Origin: Candidatus Woesearchaeota archaeon
GTDB taxonomy: Archaea; Nanobdellota; Nanobdellia; SCGC-AAA011-G17; JAGVZF01
Reading direction: 5' to 3'
NCBI GenBank assembly: GCA_018302805.1
Contig: JAGVZD010000003.1
Span: forward strand, 6,538 to 70,537
DNA length: 64,000 nt
This document shows, piece after piece, positions 19,291 to 29,698 of the stretch. The position numbers and the translations under genes were made by a program. A model generated the notes under the pieces. That model ran no database searches, was not told the origin of the DNA, and saw only the letters and a list, made by a program, of their open reading frames with translations. Within the stretch, counting starts at the first letter, position 1. Each line of letters starts with the position of its first letter.

Positions 19291-20652
19291 TTAATATGCC
19301 ATCCTAATTCCTTTGCCTTTAAACTTCTTCATCAATTTATTTAAATCAGTATCTTTAGAACTTCCTTTAAACATCTTCATCATTTTCTTACTTTGTTTAT
19401 ACTGCTTTAATAATTCTCTAACTTCTCTTGCAGTTGTTCCACTTCCAAGAGCAATTCTATCTATTCTAGTTCTGGAAATTATTTCAGGATCTTCTAATTC
19501 TTTCTTAGTGCAAGAATCCATTATAAATTTCCACTTTTTTAATTTTTCTTCTTGGACATTTAACATTTCTTTAGGTATATTCATATTTCCCATTCCCGGG
19601 ATTAATTCAACAATCTTATTCAGTGGGCCCATTTTTTTCATGGCTTCCATCTGCTGATATAAATCAACAAAATTAAATTCCCCGCCAAGCATCCTCTTCC
19701 CTAATTTATCTGCTTGTTCTTCGTCAATAGCTTCTCTAGTTTTTTCTAATAAAGCTTTGAGATCACCCATCCCTAATAATCTTGATACAAAACCTTCTGG
19801 ATTAAATTCTTCTAAATCTTCAATTTTTTCGCCTACACCAATAAACTTTACAGGGGCTTGTGTAACAGCACACGCGCTCAAAGCCCCTCCTGCTCGAGCA
19901 GTGCCATCCATCTTAGTGATTAAAATACCAGTAATATTACATGTCTCATGAAATTTGGTTGCCTGCTCTTCAGCAGTCTGCCCGATATCCGCACTAATCA
20001 CTAGAATTCTTTCATCAGGTTTAATTTCCTTATTAATATCATTAATTTCTTGAATAAGATCATCACTTAATGCATCCCTACCAGCAGTATCAATTATAAT
20101 AATATCAAATTTATTCAGCTCAACTTTAAATCTCTTATAAATATTAAGAGCATTTTTTTCTTTTTTATCAATAAACGTAGAAATATTTATTTGATTTCCA
20201 ATCTGTTCAATTTGATCCATAGCAGCAGGTCTATGAATATCTAGTCCTAATATACCTACTTTGTATCCTCTTTTACTATAATACTTTGCAAGCTTTCCTG
20301 CACTTGTAGATTTACCACTTCCAAATAAACCCACTAATAGAATTTGAAATGGTTTTTTTTCAGATATATTTATCCCTTTCTGTTCACTTCCTAAGAAATT
20401 AACAAGTTCTTCAAATACAATTTTAACCAGATGCTCTTTTTGATTTATAGAACTTGGCGCTTTTTCTTCTGTTGCTCTTTTCTTAATTTTATTTGTCAAG
20501 TCTAATACTAATTTAACATTTACATCACTTCGTAATAGGGCTTTCTGAATATCCTTAACAAGTTCATTAATCAGAGTTTCATCTACAAAAATAGCCCTAG
20601 TTATCTTCTTTAAGGTTTCCTTTAATGAATTACTTAAGCCTTCTAAAACCAT
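19291..20652 (-). CDS. srp54: signal recognition particle protein SRP54
   Basis: GLFGSGKST, DTAGR, TKMDG, Met-rich M domain with RIALGSG. Confidence 0.97.
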   Translation of the reverse strand: MVLEGLSNSLKETLKKITRAIFVDETLINELVKDIQKALLRSDVNVKLVLDLTNKIKKRATEEKAPSSINQKEHLVKIVFEELVNFLGSEQKGINISEKKPFQILLVGLFGSGKSTSAGKLAKYYSKRGYKVGILGLDIHRPAAMDQIEQIGNQINISTFIDKKEKNALNIYKRFKVELNKFDIIIIDTAGRDALSDDLIQEINDINKEIKPDERILVISADIGQTAEEQATKFHETCNITGILITKMDGTARAGGALSACAVTQAPVKFIGVGEKIEDLEEFNPEGFVSRLLGMGDLKALLEKTREAIDEEQADKLGKRMLGGEFNFVDLYQQMEAMKKMGPLNKIVELIPGMGNMNIPKEMLNVQEEKLKKWKFIMDSCTKKELEDPEIISRTRIDRIALGSGTTAREVRELLKQYKQSKKMMKMFKGSSKDTDLNKLMKKFKGKGIRMAY

Positions 20653-20701
20653 GATTACCTCAAAAACAAAGTAATTTAAAAACCTTTATATTTCTAAATT
20701 T

Positions 20702-21928
20702 ATGGGTATTTTTAAGGATCTTAAAAGAAAAGAAGTTATTGCTTGGGCGTTTTATGATTTTGCAAATTCTTCATTTGCTTTATTAATACTAAGTTTTGTT
20801 TATCCAATATTTTTTAAAGAAGTAATAGCGGGAAGTAATGGTGATTTTTGGTGGGGTTTAAACGTAAGTATTTCAGTTTTATTAGCGGGATTATTATCTC
20901 CTATAATTGGAGCAATTGCAGACTATGACTCAAGAAAGAAAATTAGATTTATCACATTTGCAGTTTTAGCTGCAGTAGGGACAGCACTATTATACTTTAC
21001 AGGTTCAGGTTTACTATTATTTTCTTCTATTTTATTCATAATAACTAGTATGTGTTTTGAAATTGCTCAAACACTTTACGATTCTTTTTTAATTAATATT
21101 TCTACAAAAGAAAATGCAGGAAAAATATCTGGATTCGGATGGGGTTTTGGATATTTAGGTGGAATTGCAGCTATGCTGCTTCTAAGGCCATTTTATATAA
21201 ATGGGTTTGAGCAAAATTTAAATTTTTATAAGCTTACTTTCCCATTAACTGCATTATTTTTCTTTGTATTCTCAATTCCAATTTTTATTTTTATAAAAGA
21301 AAATAAATCCAATATAAAAAATAAATTTAGTGATTTAGTGAAAATAGGTTTTTCTAGAGTAAAAAATACTTTAGAAGAGGTAAAAACACATAAAAATATT
21401 GGTCTATTTTTAATTGCATTTTATTTAATGAGTGATGCTTTAGTAACTCTATTTGCATTTATACCAATATATGCAAGAACAACACTTCAATTAACAGTTT
21501 CTGAGATTGCGGTTATATTTTTAATTATACAGCTTATTGCATTTCCTACGACTCTTATTTTTGGCATTATAAGTGACAAAATAAGCTCAAAGAAAATGCT
21601 ATTAACAACATTATGTTTATGGATTATAATTGTTATTCTATTAGCCACTGCAAATTCAAAACAAATGTTTTACGTAATTGCTTTCCTAACTGCTTTAGTT
21701 GTCGGCTCTAGTCAAAGTATAGCTAGAGCTTGGTTAAGTAAAATCATACCTGAAAATAAAAAAACAGAGTTCTTTGGTTTTAATGGATTTGCCAATAAAG
21801 TGTCCGCTACTACAGGCCCGTTAATATTTGGGATCTTTTCAGTTTTATTTAATCAAAGAATTGCAATGATACCTATAGCTTTATTCTTTTTAGCTTCATT
21901 TGTAATATTCTTAAAAGTTAAAGAATAA
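20702..21928 (+). CDS. MFS transporter (UMF1/Atg22-like)
   Basis: AWAFYDFANS, ISGFGWGFGYLGG, about 12 TM segments. Confidence 0.9.
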   Translation: MGIFKDLKRKEVIAWAFYDFANSSFALLILSFVYPIFFKEVIAGSNGDFWWGLNVSISVLLAGLLSPIIGAIADYDSRKKIRFITFAVLAAVGTALLYFTGSGLLLFSSILFIITSMCFEIAQTLYDSFLINISTKENAGKISGFGWGFGYLGGIAAMLLLRPFYINGFEQNLNFYKLTFPLTALFFFVFSIPIFIFIKENKSNIKNKFSDLVKIGFSRVKNTLEEVKTHKNIGLFLIAFYLMSDALVTLFAFIPIYARTTLQLTVSEIAVIFLIIQLIAFPTTLIFGIISDKISSKKMLLTTLCLWIIIVILLATANSKQMFYVIAFLTALVVGSSQSIARAWLSKIIPENKKTEFFGFNGFANKVSATTGPLIFGIFSVLFNQRIAMIPIALFFLASFVIFLKVKE

Positions 21929-21932
21929 TCTT

Positions 21933-22205
21933 TTATTTTATAATAGAAGAATATTTCTCTAAAAATTCCACAATTTCTTTTTTCTTATTATGATTTAAAG
22001 AAATGTGAATTTCTCCTGTTGAACTTTTAGAAATTATAAATTCCAGTCTATAAAGTTCTTTTATAGATTCATTAGTAATTTTTTCTCCCCTTAAATGTTT
22101 GGGCAAGGCCTTTAATAAATTTTTATTTTCAGTATGTTTGCCACCCCACATATTTAAATTAATTAATTTTCTAAGAAGTCTTGTCATAATAATTTCTTTT
22201 TGCAT
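21933..22205 (-). CDS. small basic protein with WGGKHT motif, possible winged helix
   Basis: 90 aa; helix followed by beta-hairpin-like IISKSSTGEIHISLN. Confidence 0.7.
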   Translation of the reverse strand: MQKEIIMTRLLRKLINLNMWGGKHTENKNLLKALPKHLRGEKITNESIKELYRLEFIISKSSTGEIHISLNHNKKKEIVEFLEKYSSIIK

Positions 22206-22260
22206 AATTTTGTAATCTATCTTTAATTTTTAAATATATGTTCTAATTATGGTTATATAG

Positions 22261-22278
22261 TGTTCCAATTTAGAAACA
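22261..22278. promoter_or_regulatory. putative operator palindrome
   Basis: TGTTCCAATTTAGAAACA directly upstream of TTTATATA in the divergent intergenic region. Confidence 0.4.
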
Positions 22279-22323
22279 TTTATATATAAGTTTATATTAG
22301 AAAATAATAGGAAATAATATAAT

Positions 22324-22632
22324 ATGGAAGAAACAATATTTACAAAGGCTGTTGGAAATACTGCTAAAATAAAAGTATTAGAGTTTTTAATCGAGGGAAG
22401 AGAATTAGATTATTCTTTATCAGATATAGCTGAAGGTTCTGGAATAGGAAGAACAACTTTGTTTAGGATTTGGAATGACTTTGAAAAGCTAAATTTAGTC
22501 ATACAAACAAGAACAATTGGTAATGCTAAATTATTTAAACTAAATAATAAAAACCCATTTGTTAAAAGATTAATTGAATTATTTGATTCATTAATTATTA
22601 ACTCTTTAAAAGAAAAAGAAATAGAAGTCTAA
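22324..22632 (+). CDS. winged-helix transcriptional regulator
   Basis: KVLEFL, YSLSDIAEGSGIGRTT, TRTIGNAKLFKLN. Confidence 0.85.
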   Translation: MEETIFTKAVGNTAKIKVLEFLIEGRELDYSLSDIAEGSGIGRTTLFRIWNDFEKLNLVIQTRTIGNAKLFKLNNKNPFVKRLIELFDSLIINSLKEKEIEV

Positions 22633-22694
22633 AACTGTTGAAAATAAAGAACTTAATTTAAATAAGATTATACTTAATCAATTACATAAATTTT

Positions 22695-22934
22695 CTAAAA
22701 CCATTCATTCATTATTGCACTGGCCATTTTCCCTTCACAAATTTTCTCAATTTCAGATTTTCTTAATCCTTGATTACACCATTCATTTTTGAGAATGCGA
22801 CCACTACTTAACTCAAGTATGTCGAGTCTTCTTTGATAATCGGCTCTATCATTAAAAAATTCCAATGATGGACAAGCCTTATAACTCCATGCTATATAAC
22901 CATAATAGACCTTTTCCTCAGCCATAATAAACAA
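22695..22934 (-). CDS. hypothetical protein
   Basis: 79-aa ORF filling an intergenic gap. Confidence 0.5.
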   Translation of the reverse strand: MFIMAEEKVYYGYIAWSYKACPSLEFFNDRADYQRRLDILELSSGRILKNEWCNQGLRKSEIEKICEGKMASAIMNEWF

Positions 22935-22965
22935 ATTTACAACAAATTTATAAAGCTTATGAATT

Positions 22966-23415
22966 CTAGTCTAAAGTTCTTATAATTTCCTTTGCATCTT
23001 TCTTAACTTGAATAGCAGTTTCTTTAGCTTTTAAATATTCTTTATTATTATAATAATTATATGAAATATTAAAACTATCTTTTATTTTATCAAGTCTTTT
23101 TTGTGCATCTATCATCTTATCTTTGTTAATTCTATTTTTATCTTCTAAATCAATTAATAGTTCTTGAATTTCTGCAATTTTGTTTTCAGTAGAAAAAATA
23201 TTTTTTCTTGCTTGATATTCTTCCAAAACTAAAATTTCATTATCTTCAACTTTAGTATTATTCTCAACTGATTTAGTATCATTTTTTACGACTTTAACTT
23301 CTTCTTTAGGTTCTATGACAATTTTCCCAGTAATTTCCTCTTTTGAAACTTCTTTTTGTATATTACAAGAACTTATTATTAATGCAAAGATAAAAATTAA
23401 TAATATTTTCTTCAT
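22966..23415 (-). CDS. putative lipoprotein
   Basis: MKK + hydrophobic stretch + ISSC lipobox. Confidence 0.7.
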   Translation of the reverse strand: MKKILLIFIFALIISSCNIQKEVSKEEITGKIVIEPKEEVKVVKNDTKSVENNTKVEDNEILVLEEYQARKNIFSTENKIAEIQELLIDLEDKNRINKDKMIDAQKRLDKIKDSFNISYNYYNNKEYLKAKETAIQVKKDAKEIIRTLD

Positions 23416-23463
23416 AGAATATTAAAGTTATAAAGAATTAATAAGCATTTATTTAGTTTAAAA

Positions 23464-24554
23464 TTACAATCCCAAACTATTTATTATTTCCTCTTTTTTA
23501 AATTCTTTTAGGTCTTCTACTTTTTGTCCCATCCCTAAATAAATGATTGGTTTATCAATTACATAACTAATAGAAATTGCAGCTCCACCTCTTTCATCAA
23601 TATCCGCTTTACTTAAAATTATAGCATCTATGTTTTAGCTTGTTCAATGCAATCATTTCCAGTAGTACTCTCTCCAACAAAGACTTTTAAATTAGGTTTG
23701 ATTACCCTCACAATTTTTTCCATTTGCTGAGTTAAATTTAAATTGTTGTGTTGCCTTCCAGCAGTATCTATTAAAACACAGGCTATGTTATGTGCTTTAG
23801 CAAAGGCTACACCGTCATAAGCTACTGCAGTTGGATCGCTCCCATATTGGTGTTTTATTACTTTAATCCCGATCTTATTTCCCTGGGCTTCAAGTTGCTC
23901 AATTGCTGCACTTCTCCACGTATCTGCAGCCACCATTATACTGCTTATATTATTATTTTTTAATTTTGATGCTAATTTAGAGATTGTTGTTGTTTTTCCA
24001 GCTCCATTAATGCCAAAGAACACAATTACAAATGGTTTATGTTTAGAATTTTTAATGGTTGTAGCTAAATCATATTTAGTTTGCTTGAACAATTTTTCAA
24101 TGCTTTTTTTAAGATTTAATTGGATAATTTCCTGCACCTTACCTCTTTCTATAGTATTTTGGGTTAGCTGCTTTTTTAAGTCCTCTTTTATTTTTTCTAT
24201 GACCTCTACAGCAACATTATTTTCCATCAGTACAAGCTCTAAATCCCAAAATAGATTCTCAAATTCTTCCTGGCTTAAGACCTTAGAAGTTACTTTCTGC
24301 TTTATTTTTGAGAAAATATTTTTGCTCGATTTTATGACCTCTTCTTTTACTTCTTGTTTTTGTTCAAGTACCTGAACATTATGATCCTCAAACTTGTCTG
24401 TAGGTTTTTCATATTTTCTAACTTCAATTTGTTTTGTTTGTCCTTTCTTTTCAGTTTCAACGCCAGAACCTTCAATAGGTGTCTGTTTATCCTCGATTTT
24501 TTTTGATATTCGATTAACTGCACTTTTGAGTTTCTCTTTTAAGAATTTAAACAT
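23464..24554 (-). pseudogene. ftsY: SRP receptor FtsY, frameshifted near the C-terminus
   Basis: GINGAGKTT, DTWR, DTAGR in 24554-23628, ending ...EQAKT*; the remainder IDAIILSKADIDERGGAAISI...GMGQ...LGL* is in another frame (23631-23464). Confidence 0.85.
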
Positions 24555-24603
24555 ATACTTTGGAATATAAATAAACTTTTAAACATTTTGCTTTATATCT
24601 AAT

Positions 24604-25392
24604 CTATTTTATCCGAGACAATAGATTCTCAGCCTCATCTAAATTACCTTGGTTTATGAGATCCCTAGCATTTTTAAATGGATTATTACTTACTTCAACT
24701 TCCCTGATAATTTTATTTTTTTTCGGTATTACAATCCTTTCGGGTTTAGCCTTTTTTATGATTTGAATAGGTTTTGATATTTTTTCATCGCCTTTGACTA
24801 TTTTACCCTTTAATTTACCCTCATGTAACCTCTCTAGTTCAATTCTTTTTTGAATATCTGAGTAGGCTCTATTTAGCAACTTGAACATCTCAGTTCTTTG
24901 TGCATAAGTGGCATATCTACTAAGAATATTATGTATCGGAATTAGTTCATAATATTTATCTATAGCAGTTTCAACCATTCCTAATTCAATAAAATAATAA
25001 ATTTCTAATAACCTTTTACCAAAAATATCCTTATGCTTTAAAGCATTATAAGCTTCAGACAGTCTTAAAAAATTCTTTTGGACATATTCATGTAGCGCTT
25101 GATGGCTTATATTTTCTAATTTTCCATGAATTGCTTCTAATTTTTCTTTAACTAATTCTATGTCTGCTTGCTGATCAAATAATATCATTGCTTCCTTGAT
25201 TTTATAATAAGCAAGGATATCATGATTATAAGAATTAACCCTATCAGCGAATTCATCTTGGTCTTCTAATTTCATATTTCTAAAAATATTATTAATTCTC
25301 CTATAGAAACTTAACGCATCATCAAATTTATTTTGATCCATCAATAGTTCAATAGTATTTAAGAGCGCCTTCAATTTGTTCTTGAGAAACAT
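24604..25392 (-). CDS. hypothetical helical protein
   Basis: long ORF; MFLKNK start preferred (TATA-like box just upstream, avoids overlap). Confidence 0.7.
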   Translation of the reverse strand: MFLKNKLKALLNTIELLMDQNKFDDALSFYRRINNIFRNMKLEDQDEFADRVNSYNHDILAYYKIKEAMILFDQQADIELVKEKLEAIHGKLENISHQALHEYVQKNFLRLSEAYNALKHKDIFGKRLLEIYYFIELGMVETAIDKYYELIPIHNILSRYATYAQRTEMFKLLNRAYSDIQKRIELERLHEGKLKGKIVKGDEKISKPIQIIKKAKPERIVIPKKNKIIREVEVSNNPFKNARDLINQGNLDEAENLLSRIK

Positions 25393-25432
25393 AGTTTTTA
25401 GTATATCTTTTAATATATAAATTTTATCAAAC

Positions 25433-27358
25433 TTATTCATTTATTGAGATTTGATAGACTAATCCTAAAGAAATATCGCATAAATATAAATAACCATTTT
25501 GATATGTCATTCCACCAATTGTACTTGATGGTGAATCAAATTCTTTAATATGCCTACCATTGTTCATATCCAGCCTAATAATTTTATCCTTCTGAGGTTC
25601 GTTATGGTCATCCATTACATAAGCATAATTAGGGGAAAGCGCTAATGGTCCTACAAAATTAATATCTAAGTCTAACCTTCCAATTTCGCTGAAATCATTT
25701 TTGTTTAACTTATAAAGCCTATCAGTATGGTCAGAAACGCACCAAAGCTCATTGTCCTTAAATGCAATTCCTTTAATTTGAGTACATCTACCATTACTTA
25801 TATCTTCAGAATCTGGAGCAATCCCAGAATCAACTGTCAATAAAGTTTCATGATTTAGTTTTACCAAATAATCTAGCCCTCTCGAACCACATGCAGCAAC
25901 CCATAAATTTTGGCCATCATATGATAGTGCTCTATGGTGATTAAAAACCTGGATTGGTCTATGGGGAGGCAATTCTCCATTTAAATCAACATCAGAAAAA
26001 AGTATTCCATTATAGGCTAATAATTCAACTAAATTTTCACGAAAAGCGATTCCATTAAAATTAAACCCAAAGTTCCAAGAATTAACTAAAAAACCATCAG
26101 TTGATTCAATATGGGCATTAATATCATTAAATATATTATTTCTATTTTCTATTAATTGCCAATGATTTACTCCATTGTATATATTAGTAATAGTACTTAA
26201 TGTTCTTTCAAATTCTGGAAAATTATTATGTAAAGGATTACTGCTCTCGTCTCCAACCAAATTATCATCATCTCCAGGTATAAGCGCACTAAAGATTCCA
26301 TTGTAATTACCTAAAATTATGTAGTATCTAACAAATCTTGTTGTAATCAAAGGGGTATTTAATCTTGAAAACAAATCAGAACCTCTAACCAAAGATTGTG
26401 CACCTAGTGAGGTATATGGATTAAAAATTTGAAGATTTTCTGGATTTTCATTGTTTATTAAATACTCAACAACATTATTTATTAAATCAATAGAATATAC
26501 ACCATTATTTGGAGCTCCGAATTGATAAAAATCATTATATCTTTCTGGATTCATTCTAATTGCTAATCTTCCAACTACCCCTCCCATTGAATGTCCATAA
26601 GAATCAATATTATCAAGTTGATTATTATTTAATAAATCCTCTAAGGCTCTTGCATTATTTTCTGGTAAATCACTAGTAGGATAAGTAAAACTAGCAATAT
26701 TTCCATGATATTTATTAAATAAAAAGTTAAATAATGTAGGTTGCGGATCATTTGGATCATTAAATGTTCTTGAATTGCTACCTAGTCCATGAAGAATTAA
26801 AGCATACCTAGCCCCAGATGAAGGATCCCCATATATTTCAAGAGTTGGACTTGGTTCATTAACATTATTAACCCAAAAATCAACATTTGACAAATTCTTT
26901 CTTTGTTCATTATTAGGCATATAAGGAATTACTAAAGTACTATCAATCGTAAAATCATGAATTTGAAATCTACCTTCACTTCTAGAAATTACTATGTCAG
27001 AATTACTAAATCTTTCATTTTTTGGTTTGAATTCTAAATAAAGGCTGTCTTCAATAGATGCAGTAGTTCTTAAACCTAGTAAAGCTGTTTTATTGCTTAC
27101 ATTACTTGCTACACTTATATTTTCACCACTACTTCTAATTTCAACTTCAGCATCATCTTCTAAGGAATTTGCAGGAATATTAACAATAAAATTTCTAGTT
27201 TCAATTCTGGCTCCAATGTCATTATCAACATTTACAGTAGTTATTTCTTCTTGAGGTTCTGGTTCATCTGGCTTAGTGGGTTTGGAACCACATGCTAAGT
27301 TAATACTTAATAGAATTGGAATTGAATATTTAAAAAATCTATTAGTCATTGTAACCAT
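25433..27358 (-). CDS. lipoprotein alpha/beta hydrolase (lipase/esterase) with C-terminal beta-propeller
   Basis: LAC lipobox; LILHGLGS, GHSMGG, GAPNNG, DDNLV, NHWQL; YDGQNLWV-type propeller blades. Confidence 0.82.
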   Translation of the reverse strand: MVTMTNRFFKYSIPILLSINLACGSKPTKPDEPEPQEEITTVNVDNDIGARIETRNFIVNIPANSLEDDAEVEIRSSGENISVASNVSNKTALLGLRTTASIEDSLYLEFKPKNERFSNSDIVISRSEGRFQIHDFTIDSTLVIPYMPNNEQRKNLSNVDFWVNNVNEPSPTLEIYGDPSSGARYALILHGLGSNSRTFNDPNDPQPTLFNFLFNKYHGNIASFTYPTSDLPENNARALEDLLNNNQLDNIDSYGHSMGGVVGRLAIRMNPERYNDFYQFGAPNNGVYSIDLINNVVEYLINNENPENLQIFNPYTSLGAQSLVRGSDLFSRLNTPLITTRFVRYYIILGNYNGIFSALIPGDDDNLVGDESSNPLHNNFPEFERTLSTITNIYNGVNHWQLIENRNNIFNDINAHIESTDGFLVNSWNFGFNFNGIAFRENLVELLAYNGILFSDVDLNGELPPHRPIQVFNHHRALSYDGQNLWVAACGSRGLDYLVKLNHETLLTVDSGIAPDSEDISNGRCTQIKGIAFKDNELWCVSDHTDRLYKLNKNDFSEIGRLDLDINFVGPLALSPNYAYVMDDHNEPQKDKIIRLDMNNGRHIKEFDSPSSTIGGMTYQNGYLYLCDISLGLVYQISINE

Positions 27359-27413
27359 TATATAATGGTCACTATAAATACATATTTACATTACAAAGTA
27401 TATATTGGAATAA

Positions 27414-27812
27414 TTATTTTAATTCTTGAACTTTAACTTCTATTGTTTCTTTCTGTCCAGAGACTTTGAAATTACTGGTTCTCAGAGTATCCGCAAGCGG
27501 ATATTTTGCAATGTAAAAATAAGCCTTTCGCTCAAGCAATCTATAATGGTCTCTACCAGTAATACTATTTAATCCAAAAAAATCAATTCCATGATAAGCC
27601 CCTACAACTTCGTTATCATTCAAAAATTCTGACCTAGCGCTATCTGACATGTCCAATATTAACCTTGGATATAATGGGTCTATATTAGCCTCTTGAACCT
27701 CTTCAGCAGTTTTTCTTTCAACCAAAATATGTTTTGGAACACAATTAGTGTTTAGATTTATTAATAGTAGACTTGATAGACCTAAAAAAATATCTTTCTT
27801 TACATTTCCCAT
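27414..27812 (-). CDS. hypothetical secreted protein or lipoprotein
   Basis: N-terminal hydrophobic stretch followed by Cys. Confidence 0.6.
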   Translation of the reverse strand: MGNVKKDIFLGLSSLLLINLNTNCVPKHILVERKTAEEVQEANIDPLYPRLILDMSDSARSEFLNDNEVVGAYHGIDFFGLNSITGRDHYRLLERKAYFYIAKYPLADTLRTSNFKVSGQKETIEVKVQELK

Positions 27813-27862
27813 TTTTCAACCTCCGAGAGTTCTGCCAATTAAATCAGAAAAATATTAAAAAC

Positions 27863-29593
27863 CTATCTTTGCCTTTTTTGGTTAATATACCCTTCAAATT
27901 CCTTTAACCCCATTGTATTGATAATGTCATTCTTAGCGGCCCATCCTCTTCTCGCTTGTGCGATTCCGAATTTTAGGAAATCAAAATGTTTTATATTATG
28001 AGCATCACTATCAATGCTTAATTTTGCTCCCATTTTAATTGCCTTTTTAATATATTCATCATTTAGATCTAACCTATCAGGATAAGCATCAATTTCTAAT
28101 ATTGTATTAGTTTCAATTGCCATTTTAATTATTTTATCCATATCAACTTGAAAAGGTTCTCTTTTATGAATAATTCTGCCAGTTGGGTGAAATAAAATAT
28201 CAGCATGTTTATTTTTCATTGCTTTAATAATTCTATTTGTCATATCTTCTTTGCTCATATTGAAATTAGAATGAACCGCTATTCCAACTACATCCAATTG
28301 TTCTAAGGTCTCATCATTAATATCTAGGCTTCCATCTTTAAGAATATTAACTTCTGCACCCTTAAAAATCCTGATTCCATTTAATTCCTTATTAATTCTT
28401 GCAATTTCTTTTCCTTGTTGTATTAGATCTTTTTCTTTAAGACCTCCAGTCATTGCTAATGTTTTAGTGTGATCTGTAATAACAATATATTGCAAGCCAT
28501 ATTTTTTTGCTTCTAAAGCCATCTCCTTAATAGAATTACTACCATCAGTCCAATTAGTTTGTACCTGTAAATCTCCCTTTAATTCATCATAATTTATTAA
28601 CCGAGGTAATTTATTTTCTTTTGCTGCTTTAATCTCATCCCCATGGCTTTCTCTTAACTCCGGTTCAATATATCTTAACCCTAAGGTTTTATACAATTCT
28701 TCTTCTGTTCTTCCAGCAATAAACTTATTCCCTTTAAATAAGCCATATTCACTTAACTTCAATCCTTTATCTTTGGCAATTTGTCTTAATGCAACATTAT
28801 GTTCTTTACTTCCTGTAAAGTAATTCAAAGCAGCCCCATAACTCTTCTCTTCAACAACTCTTATATCAATGTCCATGCCATTCATTAATTTTACAGTACT
28901 TTTAGTTTCGCCCTTTCCATAAATTTTCCCAACTTCCGGCATCTTTGTAAAGAACTCCATAATGGGTTTTGGATTATCACTTATAACTAAAATATCTACA
29001 TCTCCAATTGTTTCCTTCCATCTTCTAACAGAACCAGCAATAATTACTTTTTTTACTTCTTTTAATGATCCAATTCTATCTCTGATTTCGTTAATTAAAG
29101 GAAAAACTTGACCTAATGGAAATCTACCAGTACCTTTCTTAATAAATTCAATTCCTTTTAAGATATTATCTTCTTTTTTTTGTCCCCAACCCTCAAAATT
29201 TCTGAGTTTATTTTCTTTTGCTGCTCTTTCTAATTCTTCTATATTTTTAATCTTTAATTTTTTGTAAAGAAACTTAATACCTTTTGGACCTAAACCTTCA
29301 ACTCTTTTTAATTCATCAATATCAACCGGAAATTTTTCCTTTAGTTCTTCATATTCTTTTATTTTTCCATTTTTGATAAATTCTTCAATTTTTCTTGAAA
29401 TACCTTCGCCAATACTTGGAATTTCTTTTATAGCTTTGATACCACCCTTTTTGTAAATCACTTCAAGGTCTTCATTCAGATCCTGAATTGTTAAAGAAGC
29501 TTTTTCATATGCTCTAGGCTTAAATTGAATATCATCCATATCTAATAAAATGGAAATCTCATAAAGAATTTTAGCAATCTTCTGATTGATCAT
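27863..29593 (-). CDS. polX: DNA polymerase X with PHP domain
   Basis: HhH motifs, AGSVRR, GDVDIL, YFTGSKEHN, PHP with TDH, HPTGR, DSDAH. Confidence 0.95.
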   Translation of the reverse strand: MINQKIAKILYEISILLDMDDIQFKPRAYEKASLTIQDLNEDLEVIYKKGGIKAIKEIPSIGEGISRKIEEFIKNGKIKEYEELKEKFPVDIDELKRVEGLGPKGIKFLYKKLKIKNIEELERAAKENKLRNFEGWGQKKEDNILKGIEFIKKGTGRFPLGQVFPLINEIRDRIGSLKEVKKVIIAGSVRRWKETIGDVDILVISDNPKPIMEFFTKMPEVGKIYGKGETKSTVKLMNGMDIDIRVVEEKSYGAALNYFTGSKEHNVALRQIAKDKGLKLSEYGLFKGNKFIAGRTEEELYKTLGLRYIEPELRESHGDEIKAAKENKLPRLINYDELKGDLQVQTNWTDGSNSIKEMALEAKKYGLQYIVITDHTKTLAMTGGLKEKDLIQQGKEIARINKELNGIRIFKGAEVNILKDGSLDINDETLEQLDVVGIAVHSNFNMSKEDMTNRIIKAMKNKHADILFHPTGRIIHKREPFQVDMDKIIKMAIETNTILEIDAYPDRLDLNDEYIKKAIKMGAKLSIDSDAHNIKHFDFLKFGIAQARRGWAAKNDIINTMGLKEFEGYINQKRQR

Positions 29594-29698
29594 AATTAGA
29601 ATATTAAATTACAAATTAATAAAAGTTACTAATAGGCTATTCAGAATCTAAAATCCCTAATTGATATTAATCTTGATTAATTACCATTAATTTTGACA

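Noticed and set aside
23620-23640. programmed frameshift or stop read-through in ftsY
   Set aside because: About 6-7 conserved residues are physically absent and read-through meets another stop three codons later (TAG ATG CTA TAA), so recoding would not rebuild the protein
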